Part shown: positions 12,900-24,614 of the stretch, one piece after another
How positions within the stretch are numbered: the stretch's first letter is position 1
Layout: each line of letters opens with the position of its first letter
Origin: Amphiscolops sp. MND2022
Lineage: Eukaryota
Length of the DNA: 64,000 bases
Assembly (NCBI GenBank): GCA_964187785.1
Contig: OZ076414.1
Coordinates: 62,001 to 126,000 of the forward strand
Direction of reading: 5' to 3'
Program-made: the position numbers and the translations under genes
The notes under the pieces: generated by a model
The model's database searches: none
What the model was told of the DNA's origin: nothing
What the model saw: only the letters and a program-made list of their open reading frames with translations

Positions 12900-15560
12900 G
12901 CATGTCTTGACGAAAACTATGGCTAATCACCCTGTCTAACGTTTGTTTGTGAGTCGACGCAACGACAAAAGCCCGAATGACTTTAAGTGTGCCATTTGTC
13001 ACAAGGATGTCTCATTCTTGTCTCGGTACCCCGAGGAATTTGGCGACATTTCAAGTGCAAAGGGCATTTAGCGAAGGACCAGAGGTATCGTTTGGACCAT
13101 AAGGAGCTCATTCATACAGAAAAACTAGATGCAGTCCATCTTGCGGAGATATCGGCTGTGCTACGAGCCGAAATTGAGAAGACTCTCCCGTCCCTTCGGG
13201 GAAGATGAACAAGTTCCTAGAAAATGAAGGGGATGCATTAGTTGGTGTCCCTTCCAATGAGCCTCCCACTACACTAGTCAGTTGCTTACTGGAGTTACTG
13301 AGGAGTGGTGGTTCCCAAGTGTTTCTACGACGCTTGAGGAATCAATTCCGAACCACATTGCCCGTGGACAGCCCGTATGCGTCAGTCATATGGAGCAAGT
13401 CGGAGACCTTGGTTGTGTTAGTGCATACCTTGTATCCACGAGTACTGCGAAGCGTATTATTAAGGCTAGGAGACAGCCTTTTTAGTTTGGCTTCGCAGTC
13501 CTAACCTACCGGGGTGAGGTGTTCAGTCTGATGCCGCTCCGGTGATTCAGTGCGCGAGGTTTGCATCGTGAACGAGGATATTGGTGTGTTTCCAGTGAGG
13601 CTTACATCCGCTGTCTGTTTCGAGCCCTGTCACTGGTCTCAACTCGTCATGGGGCCTCTTGCTGTCGAGGGATTCCTACCATTTCTTTTCAAATTATACG
13701 TCGATTGGTGTCGTTCAGTGGGACGTCCTGTACCCATCGTCTCTGTAACTTTTGATGCCGAGCTTTTGCGACGACTTGTGAATGAGGCCAGTTTCGTGTG
13801 TGTTGACTCAGTGAACCCGTTTGCTACTGTCGAGTCACTTGTACAGCGACTCAAGAGGGTGCGTCATCAAGCGTGGTGATTGAAGTTTCCCCAGTTACAA
13901 CTTTGCTAGGAAACTGGTGACGTGCCTTTTAGTGATTTCATGTTTTCTGTGAGGTGTTGCAGGAGTTGTTGGATCATTGGGCGGATTTGAAGTTGTGCCT
14001 AATTTATGAATAGGGCAACCGCGATAAAACCTTTATTTTTTAAAATTTAGCCCTTTATTTGCCGCCCTTTATTTTAAAAGTTGCCCCTTTTTTGCCCTTT
14101 ATCGACACGCGTTTGAAAGCGAGGATTTAACAAAAAAGTCAAATTCGTTTATATAAATGCAAACGTAATTCTCGATATTTGTAACATAAAAATTACGGTC
14201 CTTGGCTATCATCTTGTTGAGTTTGCTAAATAGTTATTTCTGAGAAATTCCTGTACACAAACTCGCACGACTCGTGTTTCTAAGAAAAGGGGTGATTATA
14301 AACGAAAAAGTACAAGATTCGTTGTGTCTTGCCTTTTTTGCCTTTTATTAAATTTTTTGCCCCTAACCCGTATTTCTGTCCTTTTTGCCACTATTGCCTC
14401 TTTGCCTTTTTTGGTTGCCCTACTTATGACGTGTTCGTTATGAAGAAGTCAGTGAGCGTGGTGGATTTGGATTCTTTGTTGTACTCAGATCGTTTGGGTC
14501 TGCCTCATCTAGCCTTGCTGCATGTCGTCTTGCTGTGTTTTCGTGCCACCTGTGAGAAACACTTTGCGCCCGCAGTTCTTGATTATGCCTGTAGGAGTTT
14601 TACCGACTTTTGCTTCTACAGGAGTTTATTAAGTGAAGTCAGGAAGGTGAGCCAACTGCCTTTCTCCGACGATTGGTTCGACTACATTGATAATAGCTCA
14701 ATAGCTGGACCAACGTGCCCACATTCGAATAACCCCAGAGTGAGCCGAATATCCTGAAGGCCTTGCGGGGGTTCGAAGAGTCTCCTCGCCGATCCTTTTT
14801 GCGAGAGTGTCAGGGCTACTTGTTGGAGCGGTTGAACCAGCTTGGTGCTTCTGCTCATTCCAGCTCCCGTAGTTGCCTCAGCGTGGATATGTTATTGGGG
14901 GGGGGTTTAGGGGGTAGATGCTGACTACATTTTCGAGCTGTTTCAAGACCTGGTCGCCTGTTTGCAAGGAGCTGGTTATCTGGATGATCTAGATCGAGAG
15001 TCTTCTGTTAATGAGTTTAAATCGCTCATCGTGGATTTGTGCCAGTAGTCAACGCACCCTTCCCAGATTGACGATGGTTTTGCGTATCTGGAGACGATTG
15101 AAATTTTCCAATGTCGGGCCCATGTGCGACAGGAGGTTCATCTTGTGTGGGTTGTTGCTTGTCACGAACCTGGTGAGATGCCTGCTGTGGATATATCAGT
15201 CAGTGTGACTAACTTGCCAGGTAGTGTTATTCGTTCTGGTTTCTTTGCTGTTCAGTCGTTTGTTCTCCACCCGGAATTCAATTCGTGCGATCTTCTGACG
15301 TTGGAGTGTGTGGAGAAATTGAAATCGAACCTGCCGGTTGGTCATCAGTTCCAGTTTCGTGATTCTTTTGATCCTTGGGCTGGTGAGTCGTCATTCTGCC
15401 GAGGAAATTTATAACAGCTTGTTTCAAGGCTACACGGCGTACTATTGTGGCCAAGTTGAAGAATGGAGGGCTCGAATGTCTTCGGGTTAGGCAGTGCTTC
15501 GTGTGGGCTCGAGTTGTGTATCTGCTGCTGACATTGGCTCCAGGGGCGTCTCGGAAATTG
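12900..15560 (+). pseudogene. Degenerate coding region antisense to Gypsy-2, with a zinc-finger-like motif
   Basis: Across one frameshift near 13040 it reads FKCAICHKDVSFLSRYPEEF-WRHFKCKGHLAKDQRYRLDH (C-x2-C...H-x5-H). Further broken + strand ORFs extend to ~15.5 kb. Confidence 0.5.
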
Positions 15561-15769
15561 GGCAAGGTGCTTTAGTATCTTCTTCTGGTTCGAAGAAGAC
15601 TGTGCGGAAGAAAGAGCGACCAGGCAAGTCTTGTTGAAAACATATTGTTTGGGTGAACTTTTGTTGATGAACGTTGTATTATTTGCTTTGTACATCTTAG
15701 TTGCTGTATTTATTGTTCCGCATTGGAATCTTCACCTGTTCCGTGTTTCGGTTCCAAATGAGTAAATAT

Positions 15770-18700
15770 TGATGCGTTCTGTTCAAGCAAAACCAGGATT
15801 GGGTTATCCTCCTGGGATTCTCTTTTTTCGAGTAACTTCTGGGGTTCCTGTATTAGGGCGGGGGTTCGGGGTTGTTAGCAGATGTTCGTCACATAGGTTA
15901 GGGTGTGAAACGTTGGGTTCGGGTTGCTTGACCGCTGTTGCGGGATGCGTGGGGGTTTGGTAGGTTTATTGCCAAGCTATTGCGTATAGGTCGTCGTGCT
16001 GTATGACAACCTCATTGTCTGGCTGAAAATTTTTAGGGGATACTGAAATATTGGGTAGTTTGTGGTTGCTAATGAAGGGTCGTAATCTAATTCTATGCAG
16101 AATCTGTATAGAATTTTTTTGGAGTTTTTGCACTAAATAGTCATTTTTAGGTAGTCTTTTGACCATGATATATGGCCCCGTCCAAAGGTATCCTCGGAAC
16201 GGCAGGTTTGTCTCTTGGCTATGCGCCTTTGGGTGTAATGTATAGCAGTAGTCGTTTAATACCAGGGGGTTTGCCTGATGCCTTCTTGTCATAGTAATGT
16301 TCATAAAGGATATGCATCAGTGATTGTTGGGTTTGGCTGATGATTTGCTTGGTTAGTTGTCGTTGCTATGTTAGGATGTCGTTGCTGGTTAGGAGCTCAG
16401 GGTGTCGTTTCAGGACGTACTCGCGGTCGAGTACGTTCTTAGGTACTCTACCGTGGAAGACTCTGCTGGGTTCACAGCCTTGTGACGAATGGTAGGATGT
16501 GTTGTAGTGTAACACTGCCATCGGCTAGAGCTGGTGCCACATCGGTCGCCTCCCCCCTGTCATGATTTTGAGGCTTTCTTCGAAGGAGCATGGGGTCTCG
16601 CCAGGACGCCTATCGTCTGTGCATTTTTGGTGGTGGCGTGTTTCATCTGGATGCCCATGACTTAAGTTGTTTGTTCCAATGCTTGGGATATAATCTGGGA
16701 TCCCTTGTCAGTGATTATCCTTGTTGGTAGGTAGCAATGTCTAGTGATGATGTCAATTAGTACTCAAGTTACTGTTTTCATGTCGATTCGTCCAACGCTG
16801 TAGGCGAAAAGGTATCGTGAAAACACGTCCATGGCCGTAATGATTGCATTGTATTCTCCTGATGGGTCATCAAATGGTACAATGTCCATCCCTAGGGCAT
16901 CTTCAGGACCATTTGCTATCCGTCATGTCGATCATGGATGGGGTGATCGTGCTGTTTGGCTTCCTTTTTGTTGGAATGCAGTCCTTGCACTGTGACATGT
17001 GTTGACATATTTTTAATGCAAATCCTGGGAAGTAGTAGCGTTTGCGGCAAGGCTGTATGCCTTTAGCGATGCCTGGGTGTTTGACAAACATCCCGTGCTG
17101 ATGTTGAATGAACTAGTCTACTAGTTGTTTTGGCAGTAGGACCTGTGTCTCCAAAGTATTGTCTGTATATTTGTCCATCTTTGATGATGATGCGATCTTC
17201 TTGTGCAAGGTACATTCCTGCTCTGCTGTCCTCGTTAGGGAGTTGATTGTCGTATGGTTCTTTCATTAGTTCAAGTTTGAGATTCCTGAGGATGGGGTCT
17301 TGGTCTTGCTGCGGCCTCAGGCTGCGTGGAAAATTGTTGTCGTCGTGCAATCAACGTCTTTGTTCGCTCTCTTGATCTTGCATGTTGTTGCATACGGGTG
17401 GTAGATTCTCCGTTTGAGAGTTTGTATCAGTGGGTCATTCTCGGTGTCTGTTTGTTGTTCCCAGCGGGTACATGTTTTCTTTCTAGCTCATTGTTTTTGT
17501 TCCCAGATATCCTCTTCAGTTTTGGAACTGGTCTTCTTCGTGTATGTCAGAGGACTGGATTTTCACTTGGATCGGTGTTCTTTGAATGTCCTCTCTGATT
17601 TGGAGAAGAACTTTGTCCTTGGGGTTAGTGTCCAGGCGGGCGAGGAAGTCCGTCGCCGTGCTAATTCTCCCTGGTACATAGGCGATTTGTTTTGTGAAAT
17701 TGTAGTACAAAATCACAGGCGTTCCATGGGAGGGTGGAATTATTTTGCTTTGAAAAAACCTGGTGACGGAATTTTTGTCCGTTAAGACAATTGTTGGTTT
17801 GGAGGAGCCCCACAAAATATGGCTGTACTCCATGAAGGCGAAGTAGGTTGCCAAAAATTCTTTAGCATAAATTGACATTTTCAATTGTGATTGTGAGAAA
17901 ATTTCGGAGCCAAGGGCAACTGGAGCGTCGTTTTCTTGGTGAATGTTATCTTTTGTGCCGGGTGTTCCTCAGTCATCAAGGCGTACCAGCGTTCTTGAAA
18001 TTAGCATTGGTCGTCACTACGTACTGCCGGTTTGGCGGCAGCTGTTTGAGCCAGACTCCGCATGCGTTGTCGAGCGACTTGTTGATGGGTTCAAAGTTGG
18101 TTATCAAATTTTGGTCAATTTTGCCTGGTTTATCTGACTTTGTGTGCTCATGAAAGGGTGTGGTTTTCTCTGATAATCGGGGGATGTCATTTCTGTAATA
18201 ATTGACAAACCCGATGCATCTCTGGAGTCCTTTCTTTGATCTGGGGAACTTAGATGATTGTGGGTTGTTTTGAATCTTGTGATTCTGGGGCGCCACGCCT
18301 GATGGGGAGATCGTCCATCCCAAGACTTCGACTTCCTTGGCACCGAACTGACCTTTGGTCTTTGTAAGCCGGAGTGTTGCTGTGCGGATGCATTGAAAAA
18401 TCTCTCTCAAAGTGTTTTTCAACTCTTTGGGAGTGGTTGTGGCTAACTCCAATGTCATCTACATGTTGGGCGCATGTGTCCGCGTTTATGGCGGTGTCCA
18501 GATTTTCCCTCATGAAGCTTGAGAAAGATGACAGCGAGTGGCTCAGCCCCTGGGATAGTCTTAGGTACGCGAACGTCCTGCTGGCGAAGTTGAAGGCTAA
18601 AAGTTGGACTGACTTCAGATCTGCCATTTGCAGTACATGATAAGCTTGCGAACAATGAAGCTTGAAGAAAAACTTCTTGCTAGCAAGTTGTTGCGCTGCG

Positions 18701-21307
18701 TCTGTTAGCGTGCTGACCGGATGGATATTGTTGATATTATCATCGGAGATTAAGGTATTGATTTTTCTGGGGTCTTCTAGAAGGCACAGTCTGCCGTTCA
18801 GTTTTCGTTGCGCGAAGATCGGGCTGGCATATTTGCTGAACGGTAGAGTTGTTATGATTCCGAAGTTGTGCATTATTGCCAGTTCGACTGTGAGGTCCTC
18901 TTTTAAGTTGATAGGGCAGGGCAGGGTTTGTGAATAGACGCGTTCGTCAGTCTTCAAGGTCAGCCTTGTTTTAATTTCGTGGTTGATTCCGATGTCTAGC
19001 CTGTGTCTGGCGAATATATCGTTGAATTCAGCATATATTTGTTCGATGTCTTTTTGGTCTTCAAGTGTTAGTTGCGAGTCATTGCAGTTGATGTGTTTTA
19101 GGAATGATTCACGGTCCTCGGGACAAGTGGTTGGGTCCAATTTTTGGATTTCTTCTAGTTCCTGGATTTCTCGCTTTTGATTGGCGTATGGGTAGTTGGG
19201 TCCCCTGGGTTGTCTGGTGTGGGGGACAAGAAGTTTTGATTCGGGAGCATGGTTTGGTTTCTCCGAGGTCTTGAGCAGCTCATTGATGTAGATGATTGTG
19301 TCTTCTGAGTCATCTTCTGTGAGTACTTTGAGCGTTGATGTGTTTATTGGCTTCAGTTCTTTGGCCTTTTTGGGGGACATGATCTTGAAATCCGCTGTGG
19401 CTGTGTTCTTTTTGATCGTGTAAGGGGTATGTGCGGTGTTAATTACCTAACGTCCAGTTGCGGTTTGCTGCCGTCGAGCTGGATCTGGCTAATTCCAGCC
19501 ACCAATTGATTGGTGGCAGGGTTAATGAAACCTGTTGTGTCGGCATTTGATGATCCATCTGTGTGGACGGTGAGTCGTTTCTGGGGTATGGTTATAGAGT
19601 TTTTGGTGTAGAGTCTGTAGAGTTTTCTGTTTCTAGTGCTCTCATATGTGGCAATTGAATACGTAAAGTGGGGGAAGTGTAAGAGGCCTTGGCTTACGTC
19701 TAATATGGCGCTGTTGTTCTTTAGGAATGTGAGGCCGAGTATGTGTCCGGTGAGCCTCTGGGCAAAAATGAACGTTTCTTTGAAGTTCCAGTTTCCGATT
19801 TCGAATTGGAGGAGTATGGTTTTTGTTGGAGCTTCAATGTCGCCATTTGCGATGTGAAGTTTGAATGCTGGTGGCTCCATTTTTTTGACAAATGTCTTTG
19901 GGGGACATCTGGCGGATCTTTCTGTAGTCTGCTCCTGACATGCAGTTGACTAGTGCACCTGAGTCGATTAGTGCGTCTAGGGTGTTGTCTTGAAAATCGA
20001 TGGGTGCGAACAGCATTTTCTTCTTGCGTTGGAGAGCAATCGCTGAGAAGATTGGCACGCAAGTTTCCTGGGTTATTGTGTGTCGTGTGAGGTATTCTGC
20101 AATCTGTGCTATTGTGTAGGACTGGGGTTCGTCCTGAGTTGGTGTGTCATTTACATCACCTGAGGGGGCTTCATTTTGCATTTTGGTTGCGGCAGCCGTG
20201 GTTACGGCAGTCGAATTGTGGTTGCGGGGGCTCCTCGACTTCATTTTCGGACTGACTCGGTTGAGACTGGGTGGAGAAGAGAGGGGGTGCAAAAGCAGGG
20301 ACCTTTTGTTTCTCCTTGTTTGCGGTTTTGAGATGATTTTCTCCATGTTTGTTGTGGTGTTGACTGGTCAACGGCTTCAGTTGTGTTCCTGTAGAACTTT
20401 TCAGTTCGATGGAAATCGGGTGCCATATCTATTGTTGGTGATCGTAGATTTCCGGCTCTGATTGGGTTCATTGGTGGATCTTTGTGAGGTGATTGGTGAG
20501 CCGTGTTGTGTGAATCGGTATTTTTGAGTATTGATTTGGTTGTCTTACTTGTGTGGTCGACTAATATCTCGGTCCTACGTTCTGCGTCCTGATTGTATTC
20601 TGGGACTGGGACAGGTTGGACGTTTTTGATCGATGACGTGGTTCTGTGGAGATATTCATCCCTGTTTGTTTTATATACTCCTCAAATTGCATGCACTCTC
20701 GTAGTCTGAAGGTCAGGGCTGATCGGTCGTAGATTTGGGGGTTGTGGTAGGGATCACAGTTAAAGTCGGGGTCGTGGATGTAGGTTTCGGGGGAAGTAGT
20801 TGCGGGTAGGAGTTTTTTTGGAGTATCGTAGTCGGTTGGGTTTTCCAAATACCAAAGTGGGTAGTCTTTTGTATTGAGATTTTGACGTTGGTGACGGTTG
20901 AGTTTTTGAATTTGCCATCTTCGCTGCCGGTAGAGAGATCGTTGTTCATGGCACTTGTATTGTTCCTCGTGATCGTATGCGCTTGGGGGCCCTGATGTTG
21001 TATAATGTCGGGTTCCGACAATTTCCCCAAACTGAAGATGTGGCGAAGCTAGATTTTTGGACAGGTTTGTTCTTGGGGTTGAATTTGGGGTTGTGCTGTC
21101 ATCTGGACTGGGGGTTTGTAGCCATTTTAGTTGATTGTATGGTTGCGATACTGTGTTTGAGCCTTTTCACATTATCTTTTACGTACTGACGTTGTGGTTG
21201 TGGTGGTATTGGGATAATTGTTTGGTGTGGTGGTTTCCGGTGTTTTCCACCATTGTGGTCTGTTTGCCCATTTTGCACCTGAATATCAGTCTTGTGTTGT
21301 GTGACTT
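15770..21307 (-). pseudogene. Gypsy-2 gag C-terminus and pol (protease, RT, RNase H, integrase), frameshifted
   Basis: Protease LDALIDSGALVN (19834-20346); RT PFSKYASPIFAQRK, AYHVLQM, HVDD (18250-19380); RNase H KEFLATYFAFMEYSHILWG (17516-17884); integrase HPGIAK...CKDC (16903-17091) and GPY (15966-16304). Confidence 0.93.
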
Positions 21308-21329
21308 CATTACGACGCCAATCGGGGAA
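21308..21329 (+). repeat. Left TIR of element B (CATTACGACGCCAATCGGGGAA)
   Basis: Exact reverse complement of 60892-60913. Confidence 0.97.
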
Positions 21330-21339
21330 GTTTTGATTT

Positions 21340-21700
21340 TTTCAAGAATTGACAAAAGTTGGTTTTCTCACCTACCAAAGCGTGTTTTCAAGAAATCACA
21401 AAGTTGTGCACTTCAAAGAAAATGGTAGTGCCGCCAAAATGATTGAAGAATTCACACACTAATATTAGCAGTGCAAAAATGAAATTTTCAAGAAACGAGA
21501 AAATTGATTTGTGGATTCTTCATTTTAATGATAATCTATGCTGCACGTGTAACATCATTGGTGTGAGGATTCTTCGCATTTTGTCATTTCTTGTTTACTT
21601 TTCTGAATTCTTGATTACTTTTCTGAATTCTTGAACACTTTTATGGATTCTTCTAAAAAATATGGTAATTAAATCTAACTTCTTTCTGGATTCATCAAAA
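21340..21700. repeat. Left subterminal motif cluster of element B (TTCAAGAA / GGATTCTTC)
   Basis: Several copies. 21340-21359 (TTTCAAGAATTGACAAAAGT) is an exact inverted copy of 60805-60824. Confidence 0.75.
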
Positions 21701-21917
21701 ACTTATCTCTGTTCTTTATAACAATAACTGTAAATAAAATCGTAAAATCAACGGAGAATCGACACAATCTGATTGAATTAAGATTTTTTGAAAAGTTTGT
21801 CTATTGTTCTATTTAAATTCAAACATAATATCTTCGTCAAATATCTCTAAACGACTCTTCTAGAGCAAAGTAACGACTCCATGAGTGTATGAACAACAGC
21901 TAGTTCATTCTTCAAAT

Positions 21918-21938
21918 CATTACAAGACACAACTTTCA
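21918..21938 (+). repeat. Left TIR of element A (CATTACAAGACACAACTTTCA)
   Basis: Exact reverse complement of 41266-41286. Confidence 0.96.
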
Positions 21939-22054
21939 CGAGCCTCAAAAGTTTATTAAATATCCTTAAATGCTCCACAAGGGAATTTTCACTGGCCCCT
22001 AATGTATTATTTTTTGTATTATTATTACCTATTTGTATGTTTTAACTTTTTCGA

Positions 22055-22310
22055 AAATTTAAGGATTTTTAATATTTGGTGAAAACGGAGGATTTTATAT
22101 ACCTACTATCAGGAAACCTAATGCGACTTATTAGGATTTCTAATAAATATCCATAAATATCCCCATTATAAGGATTTCTTATACTAGTGTCAAGTATAAG
22201 TTATACTATTTCCGCGGAGAACATATAGACAAACAGTATTTCTTATACACAAAAAGGATTCATTATACACAAATAGGATTTCTTATACTAATCTTTAGTA
22301 ATCCTAATAA
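22055..22310 (+). repeat. Left subterminal motif cluster of element A (AGGATTTCTTATAC-like)
   Basis: About 7 imperfect copies; inverted variants (TATAAGGAA...) at ~40975-41230. Confidence 0.65.
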
Positions 22311-22690
22311 AAACGCATGTTATTGTGGTTTTGACGAAAATGCGTTTGCAGTCGCTTGCAGCAATTCGCTGATTCACAGTAATTTTAATAAAGTAATTTT
22401 GATACACAATTAGAAGTTTTTTAAATCACAAGTTATACACTTTGTCCTGTAAAATTGTTTAAGAATTCCGATGCCTCCTCTTGCTCATTGTAAATTTCAC
22501 TCTCTACCAGCTTAGCATTTTTCCTCAGAAGTAGTTGAAATAATTCAACGACAAAAATCGAATCAAGAGCTATCTAATTCCTCGAATTTATTTATTGGTA
22601 AAAGTAAATGTTAATATGATCTAACGAATAACAAAGTAACCAAAATTTACATCAAAAAACAGAAACGAATAATTGAAAATGCACAAGTTA

Positions 22691-24272
22691 TCAAGCTGCC
22701 AAGGAGGTTTTTGTGTTTTTCGAGATTAACTCGCGATAGTTTTCATAGTCCTCGTAGTTTCCTCTGTGTCCTTGAACTTGAATTTTGAGGGCTTCAAAAG
22801 CGAGACTGGTTTTTACTTTGAACCGCACCCCCAAGAGGACATGATTGAAAAACTTCTCAGCATCCGGCCTGGTTTCAAGGAGATCCCATTTCTTACCGAG
22901 AATTTCATCAAACACTTTGTTTCCATGCGATCCCCGCTCCTCGTTGATAGTGAATTTCTGCCAATGGAAGAAAACTAATGAAATACAATTATAAAACAAA
23001 CGCTTGATGAAGGTTTCATGTATAGTCTTCAGATACAAAATTGCTGAAAGTTATGAAAGCCCTTGGAGTTGCAACGCTGGATTAAAAAATTGTTCAAGAT
23101 TTTCAATGCCCTGGGAAGTTCAATAATTACACTCCACAGTGTTTTCAAAGACTTGTTGTCAATGATGCTATTAACTACTTTGACAATTAGCATATGCTTA
23201 CCGAATCTCTTGACGATTCACAGCCCAAAACTTGCCTAATGTAAAATGGCACAGGACTGTATATTATTTCTGTGTGGCTGATTGTGTCGTAAGAGAGGAA
23301 AAGTTCCCGTTTGATGGCGGAAAACACTGTGAAAACTTCATCAACTGGGTGCAAGTTAGGGTTCCTCACTGTGAGTTCTGGGGATTTCATATAATTGATT
23401 TCCTGTTGCTTCTTAAGTGATTGATTGGGGTCTACTGACAGTCGAACTTCTGTGGCTGGCAGTCCAATGTATCTCTTACTCCCGTCTAAAGTTACTTCTG
23501 CCATCGCGTGCGCCTCCCTGCGGTCAAAAAAAAGCTTTCGTACAACCCCCGTCTGTGACAAGTCTATTACAACACGTGATCCTGCTGCTAGTATTCCGTT
23601 CGTAGTGGGAACAAGTGTCAGGCTAACGGTTTCGTCAGATCCGCACAATGCCCGCAAAATGTCTCCAATGTTGATCTTCGACAGTTTCTCTTTCACTACA
23701 GCTTTCACTTCAACTTTCAATTTTTTGGCAACTGGGATTGGTATCATTTCTTCTTCGTCAGCTATTCCTTCTTTTTGCCAGTCAGAGTTCCTCAACTGGT
23801 TGTACGAAATATAAAACTTCTCCACATTGGAGCAAATCAGCAAAGTTTTTCTAAACCTATCATTGATTAGCACAGTTCCAGATTTCAAAACTGATGCTTC
23901 TTGGATCATTTGTTTCATCTCCCAAGGCTCCATAATATCACCAACCGATGGCGCAGTCGACCCAACAAAATATACTATATCGCCTTTTGCGAATTTTTCC
24001 TTAGTGTAATCCAGTTTGTAATCAATATTGTGTCGTCTGGGAAATAGAACTTCTTCAAGAGCTTTCCTGACTGGCCAATTTTCAAGATGAACTTGGGGGT
24101 CACAAAAAAGAACCCGAACAGGGTCCTTGTTTTTTCCCCAGCGCGTAAAATTAACACGAACATGATTGGTGCCTTCAAAACCTTCGATTTTAGCCTCCTC
24201 CCAGATTTGAGTGTCAGGATCCAAAGCTTGAACGACTGGCTTAGTCTGGAAGAAAACATTGGCAAAAAGCAT
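22691..24272 (-). CDS. Tudor/Agenet-like domain protein with conserved unknown C-terminal domain (element A), 2 or more exons
   Basis: VQALDPDTQIWEEAKIEGFEGTNHVRVNFTRWG is a Tudor-like pattern, followed by a second KGDIVYF unit. GT-AG intron ~23200-22965. C-terminal GSH...LGKKWD...YRELISKN matches the paralog at 41910-43377. Start codon unresolved. Confidence 0.75.
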
Positions 24273-24614
24273 TGTTGATTGTTCAAAATTGATTGACCAA
24301 TTTGATTCGAGGTAAAGCGAAGAGTGGAAAATGAAATTTACGGTTTCTGAATGCTTTTAAATTGCGTCTTCGCAAGTCATAATTTGCCTCAATTCAGTTC
24401 TGGTGTTAGACTCAGATTTTTGATGATGTTGCAATGTGAGTCCGTTGACACCAAATGTAAATCTACGGCACCTGTTTCTCTTTTCGATGAAAGCGTTAAC
24501 GCGGATAAGCGTATAAGAATGTAGTAAGCCTCAAATGTGAATGTTGCTAATTTTGGTAAACGTTTTCCCATTTATTTCGAAATCCTATTCCTTAAAAGCG
24601 GTCCCGGTATTACA

